The translations under genes were made by a program, and so were the position numbers. DNA of 64,000 nt from positions 128,153 to 192,152 of the forward strand of contig JAFXZE010000005.1 of assembly GCA_017541375.1 (NCBI GenBank). Reading direction: 5' to 3'. The notes beneath the pieces are model-generated. The model was not told the DNA's origin, made no database searches, and saw nothing but the letters and a program-made list of their open reading frames with translations. Within the stretch, counting starts at the first letter, position 1; each line of letters starts with the position of its first letter. Shown here piece after piece: positions 44,585 through 53,877 of the stretch. The DNA comes from Clostridia bacterium (lineage in GTDB: Bacteria; Bacillota; Clostridia; Christensenellales; UBA1242).

Positions 44585-45355
44585 ACTTATTTCTGCTGCA
44601 TTATATGTATCAACTATTTCAGCATTGGTCAACTCATTTTCTATTGCGCGATACTTAGCTATTACGTCTGAGGTACTATTCTTAGCTTCTGTAAAGTCAC
44701 TACAATTGCCATCCTCACCTATTGTACACGTAGAATTGAGGATACCGTCAGACTCTATACTATAGTGATCAATTTGGGTGACTTCACCATTTACGTAAGA
44801 GATAGCAAATCTGTTAAAACCTGCAACATCATTTGCTGAAATATGTGCGTCTGTTTTTTTATAGTCTATAATGTATTTTCCATCTTCGTACGACAATTTA
44901 AATTTATAAGTATATGTCAGTTGAGAGCTTAATTGAACTTTGTCTAGTTTATATGCATAAGTCTTACCTACTAAAAATTCTTTTGTATTCTCAGGATTGG
45001 TAAAACTGAGAACATTTTCAGCCCAATCTTTATCAAAATCAAACCAAGCTGGACTTGTGCCTTCACCAGAAAACTCAAAATCTTTGACTATGCTGCAAAT
45101 TTCACGAAAAATTGATACAACAGGCTTGTTTAGCTTATTCAATATATTAACTTCTTTATTAAGTGAATTAATTTGTTGTTCATATGTAGAATTTTGGGCT
45201 GATAAAGTATCAACATCAGAACAAAGGCTGGTAACTCTATCTTCCAACTGCTTTATTTTTTCTCCTTCGCCACACCCTGCTAACATTGGTGTAGCAAACA
45301 CAAATGCACATCCTAATGCTCCTACTATCAATCCGTTTTTTAAACTATTTTTCAT
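44579..45355 (-). CDS. lipoprotein (paralog family)
   Basis: Lipobox FATPMLAGC. Short coiled coil, then a domain with TYTYKFKLSYEDGKYIIDY. SD before ATG 45355. Confidence 0.7.
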   Translation of the reverse strand: MKNSLKNGLIVGALGCAFVFATPMLAGCGEGEKIKQLEDRVTSLCSDVDTLSAQNSTYEQQINSLNKEVNILNKLNKPVVSIFREICSIVKDFEFSGEGTSPAWFDFDKDWAENVLSFTNPENTKEFLVGKTYAYKLDKVQLSSQLTYTYKFKLSYEDGKYIIDYKKTDAHISANDVAGFNRFAISYVNGEVTQIDHYSIESDGILNSTCTIGEDGNCSDFTEAKNSTSDVIAKYRAIENELTNAEIVDTYNAAEISA

Positions 45356-45425
45356 AATCTCTCCCTTACTTCCCTCTTTGACCAAGTAATAACAAGGCAT
45401 TTACATTTCCCGTACAAAATTCATT

Positions 45426-45490
45426 ATATCATAAAATCAAAAAATACCAAACAATTTTTGGTATTTTTTGATAATTTTTACAAATTATTT
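45426..45490. repeat. intergenic module, copy 2
   Basis: See 44518-44584. Confidence 0.75.
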
Positions 45491-45898
45491 GTTACTATAT
45501 TTTATATACTGTATCATACTGATTTTTAGGCAATAGTACCCAACTATTGCCGAATATTCTCCTTTGCTAGTTTTGGCTTTTTCTACCACAGTAACATACT
45601 CTCCTGTAGCCTCCAGCACATATAATTTTGTAGTATCGGTTGATTCTAAAATTATGAATTTTTCATTATCAGAATTGTACGCACTATATACTAGCCTATC
45701 TATAGCTTCATCTCTTAAAAAAATACTTTTACCCCTAAGTAGTGCATTTTCATTATGTGCCTGATGCAATGCATTTTTTTGCCATTCATAATCATTTAGC
45801 AATGACTCAAATTTCTTTTGTAAGTCCGAGTTATCTTTTTTTAACTTTTCAATATATGAGCACAATTGTTCTATTTTATTCTGTTCTTCATTTTTCAT
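45485..45898 (-). CDS. hypothetical cytosolic coiled-coil protein (137 aa)
   Basis: AAGGAA SD. No signal peptide. 17 nt downstream of the preceding lipoprotein gene. Confidence 0.55.
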   Translation of the reverse strand: MKNEEQNKIEQLCSYIEKLKKDNSDLQKKFESLLNDYEWQKNALHQAHNENALLRGKSIFLRDEAIDRLVYSAYNSDNEKFIILESTDTTKLYVLEATGEYVTVVEKAKTSKGEYSAIVGYYCLKISMIQYIKYSNK

Positions 45899-45915
45899 AA
45901 AATACTTTTCCTTAT

Positions 45916-46608
45916 TTAGTTATTTATCGTGATAGTAGCAGTAATCGCTTCTTTTTTGAGACTATCAATCAGGGCTTGATGAGCAGTTTGTTCTGTCACA
46001 TTCAACCCTCTTTTGCTCCAGCGAGTGTTGTCAGTTTTATTCTTATCAAATATAAGCACACTGCTCTCAGCATCAGCTGTATTATACATAGATTTTTCAA
46101 AACTCTTGAAATTTTTATATTCATAATTAAACAAATATTTGGTCAAAATATAATCATATGTTGCGTTTTCTTCTAGATTTTCGCTAGCATTCTTGATGGC
46201 CTTAAGAACGTAACAAGTATATTTATCCTCTTTTTGATAATTAAACTTTATCTTGTAGTCAAAATCGGTCTCTCCAGAAAAATTAGTTGCAAACTTGAGA
46301 CTATATGCTTTGTCCAGAATCGGATTTTTTTTGAGGCTTTCTCTGATATAGCCAAGGTATGGGTCATTTTCAGCCTTAAACGCAACATAGTCCTCATCAC
46401 TCCCACCTGCATCAATCTCGGGATAATTTACATATATGGTCTTAAAATTGGTGAGAACGACCTGATTAAAGCTATTCTGATCCACCTCACCACCAGCCTC
46501 GATGTTATTTTTTTTACCCAAATCACACCCTGCAAAAAGTGAGATACTACACATTAGCATAACAGCTACCATGCTAGATAATATATTTTTTACAAAACTC
46601 AATTTCAT
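45916..46608 (-). CDS. lipoprotein (paralog family)
   Basis: Lipobox SISLFAGC. FDYKIKFNYQKEDKYTCYVLK motif. AAGGAG SD. Confidence 0.7.
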   Translation of the reverse strand: MKLSFVKNILSSMVAVMLMCSISLFAGCDLGKKNNIEAGGEVDQNSFNQVVLTNFKTIYVNYPEIDAGGSDEDYVAFKAENDPYLGYIRESLKKNPILDKAYSLKFATNFSGETDFDYKIKFNYQKEDKYTCYVLKAIKNASENLEENATYDYILTKYLFNYEYKNFKSFEKSMYNTADAESSVLIFDKNKTDNTRWSKRGLNVTEQTAHQALIDSLKKEAITATITINN

Positions 46609-46625
46609 CGGCTCCTTTTTTCTTC

Positions 46626-46655
46626 ATTATATCACAGACCTCACTCAATTATCAA
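46626..46655 (-). promoter_or_regulatory. promoter (TTGATA-18-TGtgaTATAAT) on the minus strand
   Basis: -35 at 46650-46655, -10 at 46626-46631. Confidence 0.55.
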
Positions 46656-46713
46656 GCATTTTAGACATCAAAAACATAAATAATAAATAATATTTGAAGT
46701 TATCAATTTCAAT

Positions 46714-46805
46714 AAAAAAAGGCCTAATTACGCCTTTTTTGTTAGTATCAACGCTGCAGGAAGCGTCCGCGCTCCATCCAGCAAGCGCCAAGCGCTTGAT
46801 CTTAA
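46714..46805. repeat. terminator + GC-rich hairpin element, copy B
   Basis: aaaaaaaggcctaattacgcctttttt, then cgctgcaggaagcgtccgcgctccatccag-CAAGCGC-caa-GCGCTTG. The closing base pair G:C in copy A is C:G here. Confidence 0.65.
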
Positions 46806-46899
46806 TAGCTTTGCCCATAACCTAAGTAATATAAAGCCATACAGCTAAATTTATAATAAAATGCACTAGTTCCCAAATGAATAATTTATGCGGATGGTT

Positions 46900-47604
46900 T
46901 TATGTTAGTACAGCGTTACCTACTACCTGAGCATTTCGAATCTCATTTATATATCCCTGCATCACATACTCTTGGCCACGCTCTATATTTTCTTCTATCC
47001 AACGCTCTTCATCATCAATATCATACCCGCTATCAAAATATATATACCTACGATAATAATCCGGTTCTATAGTTTTGATTGAATAGCCTATTACCTTGAG
47101 CCATAGCATTGTGTCATAGTTATAATCGAAAACATATCTATACAAAATATCTTCTGAGCCATCTTTTTTACCAAAAGTACGCACTATGTTACAAACATAC
47201 AGTTCGTCTTCAAAATCTAATTTGATATATCCCCAAAGAATTTGAGTTTCATTTTCATATTTGTGGATAGACCAAACATCGCCGAGTTTTTTATAAGTAT
47301 TGAGAACACCAAGAGGAATAGAAATTAATTTCACCATTTCAGAATTTTTGAATGTGGCATAATCTTCATCCGCACACTCAGGGTCAACATTAGCCAATTC
47401 ATTAAAAATTCGCACAAAATTACCCAAAATTACCACATTTTTTACGGAGTCATCCCCCGGCTTGGTAGTGTCTTGTGGGGTAGTATTTTGTTGGGTATCA
47501 TCTTTAGTCCTTACTTTGCAACTACATCCCGAAAACAAAACAGTAGAAATCACAAAAGCTATCACAACAGTTAATGATAATATCTTACTAAGTTTATTCA
47601 TCAT
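46900..47604 (-). CDS. lipoprotein (paralog family)
   Basis: Lipobox STVLFSGC. WGYIKLDFEDELYVCNIVR motif. AGAGGAG SD. Start at ATG 47604 or 47601. Confidence 0.7.
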   Translation of the reverse strand: MMNKLSKILSLTVVIAFVISTVLFSGCSCKVRTKDDTQQNTTPQDTTKPGDDSVKNVVILGNFVRIFNELANVDPECADEDYATFKNSEMVKLISIPLGVLNTYKKLGDVWSIHKYENETQILWGYIKLDFEDELYVCNIVRTFGKKDGSEDILYRYVFDYNYDTMLWLKVIGYSIKTIEPDYYRRYIYFDSGYDIDDEERWIEENIERGQEYVMQGYINEIRNAQVVGNAVLT

Positions 47605-47762
47605 ACGCTCCTCTTTATGTTTATTATACCACAAAGCAAATTTATTAATCAAGCAAATTAATACACTTTTTGGGTGATTATCATAGCAAAAATAAACAGC
47701 AAAAAATTATCAAAAATTCGTTAAAAATCAATAAAAAAAGCAATTAGCTATCTAACTGCTTT

Positions 47763-48392
47763 TTATAATTCATACCTTTGCCCATTTTCTAAGACACAAA
47801 CTACTTTTGTAATTTCGACATCGTTTCCAGTTGCTATCAATATTACACAAGCAGTATCTTTAGCTGCTATTTTATCTATAGTAGATAACATAATGCCCCC
47901 TCTGTCACCTGCATAATAAACCATGATGTTTACATTGTACAAATCTTTGTCGCCCACATTTTTTAAATTTCCCTTCACCATCTTGTGATTTGTGTCAAAA
48001 GAATTGTACACCTCCATTTTTCCATCCAATATAACTGGATAGTCCGTATGAGCAACCTCGACATTCTTTCTGTCAATTGGTCCAGTTGCTTGATACCATA
48101 CAGTTTCAGTTTCAGTCTCTGCAGCATCCAAACTTGAGTATGTATTATTCATCTCAGTTTTGACTGCACTCATAGTAATCACTACAAAAAGAACTGTAAC
48201 AACTATTGCTACCGCGAACAAAACTATTCCGCCTATCATGATAGCTTTGATGTAACCATCATCATCATTAGACTGTTGTGTGTGAGCGACTTTCTTCTCC
48301 TCACTCTCCATTTTACAACCACAGTATGCACACACAAGCTTGTCTTCGTTTTTGTATAAATTTGTGCTACCACAATTCTTACAAGTCTTCAT
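47763..48392 (-). CDS. zinc-ribbon / single-TM / extracytoplasmic domain protein
   Basis: GGGAGG SD before ATG 48392. CKNCGS...CAYCGC followed by one TM helix (IMIGGIVLFAVAIVVTVLFVVI). Confidence 0.6.
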   Translation of the reverse strand: MKTCKNCGSTNLYKNEDKLVCAYCGCKMESEEKKVAHTQQSNDDDGYIKAIMIGGIVLFAVAIVVTVLFVVITMSAVKTEMNNTYSSLDAAETETETVWYQATGPIDRKNVEVAHTDYPVILDGKMEVYNSFDTNHKMVKGNLKNVGDKDLYNVNIMVYYAGDRGGIMLSTIDKIAAKDTACVILIATGNDVEITKVVCVLENGQRYEL

Positions 48393-48602
48393 AATGACCT
48401 CCCTTCTTTTTTCCTTTTCCCTTCTTCGCTTTACGCCCATTATTTTACCATATTTTTCAGCTTCTGTCAATATTTTCTTGAGTTATTCTACATGTGTAGA
48501 ACACTACTTTTTACCTACCTAACAAAAACTTTTCAAAATCTATTTGTCTTTTAGTCTATTTTAGGGTATAATCAAATTAAAACTTTTGGGAGAAAACAGA
48601 TT

Positions 48603-51128
48603 ATGGAAAAATTTTTTATAATAGATGGCAACAGCCTCATAAACAGAGCATTTTATGCGCTTCCTCCATTGCGCGCTAGTGATGGTCACAATTACAACGC
48701 CGTTTATGGCTTTGTAAATATTCTCACTAAACTTATCACAGAAAACCACCCAGCAGAGCTTTGTGTAGCATTCGATGCGGGAAAGCACACCTTCCGAAAT
48801 GATATGTACTCAGGCTATAAAGCAACTCGCAAGCCCATGCCTGATGACCTTGCTTTTCAACTCCCCATTCTAAAAGACCTTCTTAGCAAAATGGGTATCA
48901 AGACCGTGGAGCAACTCGGTATAGAAGCTGATGACATAATAGGCACGCTCGTCACCGCCAAAACAAATACAGAAAATGTAATCGTCACGGGAGATAGAGA
49001 CAGCCTCCAACTAATAAGTAACCACACCACAGTTTGGCTTACCAAAAAAGGAATATCCGACATTGCCGAAATGAATGAGACAGCACTCAAAGCAGAGTGG
49101 AATCTATCACCTAGCCAAATAATTGACCTCAAAGCGCTAATGGGCGACGCTAGTGATAATATCCCTGGTGTAAATGGTATTGGAGAAAAGGGTGCCTTTA
49201 AACTTTTGGCTGAATACCCTACTATCGACCTTATTTACTCAAATCTTGATAAAATAACTGGTAGCGTGGGTAAAAAACTCGCACAAGACAAAGACATGTG
49301 TTATCTTAGCTATAAATTAGCTACGATAAATACTCATTCAAATCTAAAAGACAAAAATACTGTGTTTAGTTATCCATTTCCGTGGGATAATGGTGTATTT
49401 GAAGCATTTACAAAGCTAGAATTTCGTTCCTTACTAAAACGAGCCGAATTATTTTCAGGTAATTCTCCACTAAAGACACAACAAAAAAGTGAAACCATTA
49501 TCCTCAATCTGGACTCACTAAAAAAACTGATTAAGCCTGATTTTTTCACCAATAGTATAAGCATAATAATTGAAAATGATCGTTTTGATTTTTGTGTAAA
49601 TGAAAAGACAAATTACACTCTCGATATGCTAGGCTTTACTGCTGAGATGGTATTGCCATATTTTACTAATGAGCTATCCAATCAAAGTGCCACTTTGTAC
49701 ACCTGTAATCTAAAAAATCTTTATCACATAGCTAATCGTGCAAAAATAGATATAAGGTGTAAGTGTCTCGATGTGGCACTGGGAATGTATTTACTAAACT
49801 CCAATTACCACGACAACTCTGCGCAAAAGATGTTTGAGCACTGGGGGCTGGATACGACAAATTTCGCTACAAGTGCCTTTATTTCGTGGAAATTAGTCTA
49901 TAATGACCTAAAGGCGAAAAAACTAGACAAGCTCTACTTTGACATCGAACTCCCCTTAGTGAAAGTGTTGTGGAAGATGGAAAATGCGGGAGTGTTTGTA
50001 GATACAGATGTCCTTAACGAACTCACCCCCAAGTACAAGGCAGAAATTGCCTCTCTTCAAGCAAAAATCTATGATTTAGCGGGAATGGAATTTAATGTAA
50101 ATAGTCCCAAACAACTAGCTGAAGTGTTATTTGATCACCTGCACATGCCACCAAATAGCAAAAAGCGTTCTACTGCTGTAGATGTGCTAGAAGGTTTGCG
50201 TGACTTTCATCCAATAATAGATGCTATCCTTCGCTACCGTACAGTGACAAAACTCTACTCCACCTACATCGAAGGAATGCGCCCTTATATTCGTTCTGAC
50301 GGAAAAATCCACACAATATTTAATCAAACCATGGCAGTTACCGGCAGACTCAGTAGCCTTGAGCCAAATCTACAAAACATCCCCGTGCGTACTCCTGAGG
50401 GAAAGGAATTACGCAAGATGATTGTCGCTAGTCCTGATTGTGTATTGCTGTCTGCCGACTATAGCCAAATAGAGCTGCGGTTGTTAGCTCACTATTCTGA
50501 GGATGATGCACTAATTGAGGCATTCAAGCGTGGAGAGGATATTCATGCCGTGACCGCTAGCCAAATCTTTGGAGTGCCTCTAGAAGAAGTAACAGATAGC
50601 CAGCGTCGCAGTGCCAAAGCGGTCAACTTTGGTATAATCTACGGAATTTCGCCATTTGGGTTAGCTAATGACCTAAAAATTCCTCAATCAGTTGCTAAAG
50701 ATTATATTGCTAAATACTTTATGACCTACCCTACTATAAAAACTTTCTTAGATAGCAGTGTGGAAAAATACAAACATGATGGATATGTTTCTACAATGTT
50801 TGGTCGAATCCGAAATTTTGATGATATGATTTCTAGCACTCAAAACGCAGGCTTCCTTGCGCGCGCTGCTATGAATATGCCCCTACAAGGTACGGCTAGC
50901 GATATCATTAAACTCGCTATGCTAAATATCGACCGCAAACTTACTGAAAATAAACTCAACACTAAAATGGTGCTACAAATTCACGACGAGTTGATTTTTG
51001 ATGTGCCCAAAGTTGAGCTAGCTAAGGTGCGTGAGTTGGTTCGCTCTGAAATGGAAAATGTTGTCTCTCTCCTTGTTCCACTAAAAGTAGATATCGAAGT
51101 CGGCCCAAACTGGTGCGACCTAAAATGA
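48603..51128 (+). CDS. polA: DNA polymerase I
   Basis: 5' nuclease domain (GDRDSLQL, GIGEKGA). Polymerase motifs DYSQIELR, KAVNFGIIYG, QIHDELIF. Confidence 0.95.
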   Translation: MEKFFIIDGNSLINRAFYALPPLRASDGHNYNAVYGFVNILTKLITENHPAELCVAFDAGKHTFRNDMYSGYKATRKPMPDDLAFQLPILKDLLSKMGIKTVEQLGIEADDIIGTLVTAKTNTENVIVTGDRDSLQLISNHTTVWLTKKGISDIAEMNETALKAEWNLSPSQIIDLKALMGDASDNIPGVNGIGEKGAFKLLAEYPTIDLIYSNLDKITGSVGKKLAQDKDMCYLSYKLATINTHSNLKDKNTVFSYPFPWDNGVFEAFTKLEFRSLLKRAELFSGNSPLKTQQKSETIILNLDSLKKLIKPDFFTNSISIIIENDRFDFCVNEKTNYTLDMLGFTAEMVLPYFTNELSNQSATLYTCNLKNLYHIANRAKIDIRCKCLDVALGMYLLNSNYHDNSAQKMFEHWGLDTTNFATSAFISWKLVYNDLKAKKLDKLYFDIELPLVKVLWKMENAGVFVDTDVLNELTPKYKAEIASLQAKIYDLAGMEFNVNSPKQLAEVLFDHLHMPPNSKKRSTAVDVLEGLRDFHPIIDAILRYRTVTKLYSTYIEGMRPYIRSDGKIHTIFNQTMAVTGRLSSLEPNLQNIPVRTPEGKELRKMIVASPDCVLLSADYSQIELRLLAHYSEDDALIEAFKRGEDIHAVTASQIFGVPLEEVTDSQRRSAKAVNFGIIYGISPFGLANDLKIPQSVAKDYIAKYFMTYPTIKTFLDSSVEKYKHDGYVSTMFGRIRNFDDMISSTQNAGFLARAAMNMPLQGTASDIIKLAMLNIDRKLTENKLNTKMVLQIHDELIFDVPKVELAKVRELVRSEMENVVSLLVPLKVDIEVGPNWCDLK

Positions 51129-51147
51129 AAAACTTTACAAAGGAAAA

Positions 51148-52368
51148 ATGATAATGATAGACTTATTTAGTTTTATTCATAGCAATGCAGTACCATTCAT
51201 TGTTTTTTTGAGTGTTGCATTATTTTTACTTATGATAAAACTTATCGAATTATGTTTTATATTCAAAAAAACCGATACTATGCCAATACTTGGTTTTATA
51301 CCCTTTTATAACTTATATAAGTTATGTACTATAGTTTGGAAAAAATCGATATTTTGTTATATGATAATTTCTCTCATATTCAGTTGCCTAATTTTTGTCC
51401 CTATGCCAGTTTGTACGATAGTTGGTTCCATCTATATCACGATTTTTGTTATTCTACTTTTCACTTTGCGAGTAAAGACGAGCCTTGCTTTCTCCCCTAG
51501 TACTACCAAAGCTATTTTTATGGCAATTACACCATGTGTCATAGGACTAAATATCGCCTTTAGTCATTCTACTTATAGAGGTCCACAAGTATATCAAAAA
51601 ACTTTTACCAACTGGTTCGCAAAACTTTGCAGATACTTTAGTCTGTATGAAAAATGTTGGATGATGTGCATTGCTACATTAGCCATCATATTGGGTGTTG
51701 TGTTTTCAGGTCCAGAAAACGCTATTTGGCTTACGATTATTGAAATAATTACAGTATTGGGTGGATGTAGTTGTGAATTGTTACTTAGTAAACAATCTCG
51801 TTGGGCACATATAGTTTCTTTTCTATTTTATGATTCAACACAAACAATAATTTATTTTGCCAATGGTTTTTATATCTCTGCATTGTTTGAAATACTATTC
51901 TGGGCACCAATTTTATTTATCAGTTTTGTTGTTTGGTCTCGACACAAAGATAATAAAGAAGGCTATCTTACACAAGTAAAAGCAATAAATATCAAACGAG
52001 ATCTTGTGATATTTATAGTTATTCTTACAGTATCTATAGGTGTGGGGGTATTATTCACTCAAATAGGCAGTATTGCTGAGGGCCTAAGTGATTGGTGGTA
52101 TCTTGATGCTTTGGCAAACACATTTAGTGTGTGCAATGGTTTATTTATTCTCCTTCGCTTCCGTGAGCAATGGGTGCCGTGGATTGGTGTAGCTATTGTA
52201 GAAGGCACTATGTGGATTTTGTCTGGTCAATATGCTTTACTTGTTCTTTCTGCTGGATATTTGATGAACTCGATTTATGGTTTTATTCGTTGGTCAAGAT
52301 ACGCAAAGAATAATCCTGTAGAGGATAAACCATCCCCCAAAAATGCCAATATAAATACTGGCACCTAG
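51148..52368 (+). CDS. fusion of a DUF5684-like N-terminal membrane module and a PnuC-type nicotinamide riboside transporter (copy 1)
   Basis: N-terminus has FKKTD...GFIPFYNLYKLCTIVWKK. The C-terminal ~240 aa are 7-TM PnuC-like (LLSKQSRWAHIVSFLFYD...FANGFY...WSRH...LLRFREQW...YGFIRW). The start may be ATG 51154. Confidence 0.65.
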   Translation: MIMIDLFSFIHSNAVPFIVFLSVALFLLMIKLIELCFIFKKTDTMPILGFIPFYNLYKLCTIVWKKSIFCYMIISLIFSCLIFVPMPVCTIVGSIYITIFVILLFTLRVKTSLAFSPSTTKAIFMAITPCVIGLNIAFSHSTYRGPQVYQKTFTNWFAKLCRYFSLYEKCWMMCIATLAIILGVVFSGPENAIWLTIIEIITVLGGCSCELLLSKQSRWAHIVSFLFYDSTQTIIYFANGFYISALFEILFWAPILFISFVVWSRHKDNKEGYLTQVKAINIKRDLVIFIVILTVSIGVGVLFTQIGSIAEGLSDWWYLDALANTFSVCNGLFILLRFREQWVPWIGVAIVEGTMWILSGQYALLVLSAGYLMNSIYGFIRWSRYAKNNPVEDKPSPKNANINTGT

Positions 52369-52387
52369 CGAATATGTTTTGATTATA

Positions 52388-52416
52388 TTGACAAAAAAAT
52401 TCAAGCGTGCTATATT
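52388..52416 (+). promoter_or_regulatory. promoter (TTGACA-17-TATATT) for copy 2
   Basis: -35 at 52388-52393, -10 at 52411-52416. Confidence 0.55.
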
Positions 52417-52443
52417 CAAAAATCACAAATTAACAAAGGAAAA

Positions 52444-53664
52444 ATGATTATGCTAGAACTATCTAACTTTATCAACAACTATACGGTATGGTTTATTGTC
52501 TTAATCTTGTCAGGACTTTTTATACTGGGATTAAAACTGGGTGAACTGTGTTGTCTATTTAAAAAAGCTCACACAAAACCATACTTAGGACTCATTCCCA
52601 TTTACAATCTATATAAATTGTGCGCTCTTGTATGGAAAAAGCAAATTTTTTGGTATATGCTATTCTCCTTAGGATTTGCTTGCATCATTTTTGTCCCTAC
52701 TTTGGTGTGCACTATTATAGGAGCTATCTATGCTACTATCTTTATATCCCTACTCATCACACTGAGAGTAAAAACCAGCCTTGCTTTCTCCCCTAGTGTC
52801 ACTAAGGCAGTGTTTATGGCACTAGTGCCTAGTATTATGGGATTAAATATTGCCTTTGGCTCTAGTATCTACCGCGGAGCAAGAAATTGGAAAAAAACCT
52901 GCACCAACTGGCTCGCTAAACTGTGGAGATATTACAATGTTTACGAAAAATGTTGGCTAATTAGCATCTGCACACTAGCAATTATCTTGGGTGTAGTGTT
53001 CTCCGACCCAGAAAGCGCACGTTGGCTAACCATTGTAGAGATTATCGCGGTGCTGGGTGGATGCAGTTGCGAATTGCTACTTAGTAAACAATCTCGATGG
53101 GCGTACATTGTATCATTTATCTTTTATGATACGACGCAAACAATAGTTTACTTTGCAAATGGATTTTATGTGTCGGCACTATTTGAAATACTATTCTGGA
53201 TACCTATGCTATTTATTAGCTTCGTCGTATGGTCTCGCCATAAGGACAAGCACAAGGCCTACATCACGCAGGTCAAAGCCGTCAACATAAAGCGCGACTT
53301 AACTATATTTGTTGTCACTCTCATCATATCGGTCGGAGTCGGACTACTATTTACTCAGATAGGCAGCATTGCTGAGGGATTGAGTGACTGGTGGTATCTC
53401 GATGCCTTGGCAAATACTTTTAGCGTATGTAATGGCTTGTTCTTACTCTTCCGTTTCCGCGAACAATGGGTGCCATGGATTGGTGTAGCTATAGTAGAGG
53501 CGATTATGTGGGTGCTCTCAGGACAACTTGCCATGCTCGTACTCTCTCTCGGATATTTAATGAACTCGACTTACGGCTTCTTCCGCTGGACCAAGTACGC
53601 CAAGAAGAGTGATTCTGAAGAACAAAAAATGATTAAGCCAACCCCCACCCCACACAAAAAGTAG
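52444..53664 (+). CDS. DUF5684-like / PnuC-type transporter fusion (copy 2)
   Basis: Same length (406 aa) and architecture as copy 1. It contains long identical peptide blocks encoded with many synonymous differences. Confidence 0.65.
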   Translation: MIMLELSNFINNYTVWFIVLILSGLFILGLKLGELCCLFKKAHTKPYLGLIPIYNLYKLCALVWKKQIFWYMLFSLGFACIIFVPTLVCTIIGAIYATIFISLLITLRVKTSLAFSPSVTKAVFMALVPSIMGLNIAFGSSIYRGARNWKKTCTNWLAKLWRYYNVYEKCWLISICTLAIILGVVFSDPESARWLTIVEIIAVLGGCSCELLLSKQSRWAYIVSFIFYDTTQTIVYFANGFYVSALFEILFWIPMLFISFVVWSRHKDKHKAYITQVKAVNIKRDLTIFVVTLIISVGVGLLFTQIGSIAEGLSDWWYLDALANTFSVCNGLFLLFRFREQWVPWIGVAIVEAIMWVLSGQLAMLVLSLGYLMNSTYGFFRWTKYAKKSDSEEQKMIKPTPTPHKK

Positions 53665-53717
53665 TCGATAAGATTGCTTTGCGCTTTGAAAATACAATAA
53701 TTCAAATTAAAACACGC

Positions 53718-53755
53718 AAAAAAGAACAGATTGATTTCCAATCTGTTCTTTTTAA
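53718..53755. terminator. bidirectional terminator (10-bp stem)
   Basis: agaacagatt-gatttcc-aatctgttct with A- and T-runs. Confidence 0.9.
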
Positions 53756-53877
53756 TTAAAGTGTAATTCTCGCACCCTTTATAGTAAAAGGAGCAGAATA
53801 ACAATCATTTATATTTCGGTTAAATCCTGAGGTACCAACACTTTAGCAAACTGTACGAGTAAATCGAGGCAAAATAT

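Noticed and set aside
52369-52443. NAD+-II (pnuC motif) riboswitch upstream of the PnuC-like genes
   Set aside because: The untranslated regions are ~25-30 nt after the predicted -10 (copy 2) and ~20 nt after the polA stop (copy 1). That is too short for the motif, and I see no pseudoknot-forming conserved segments.
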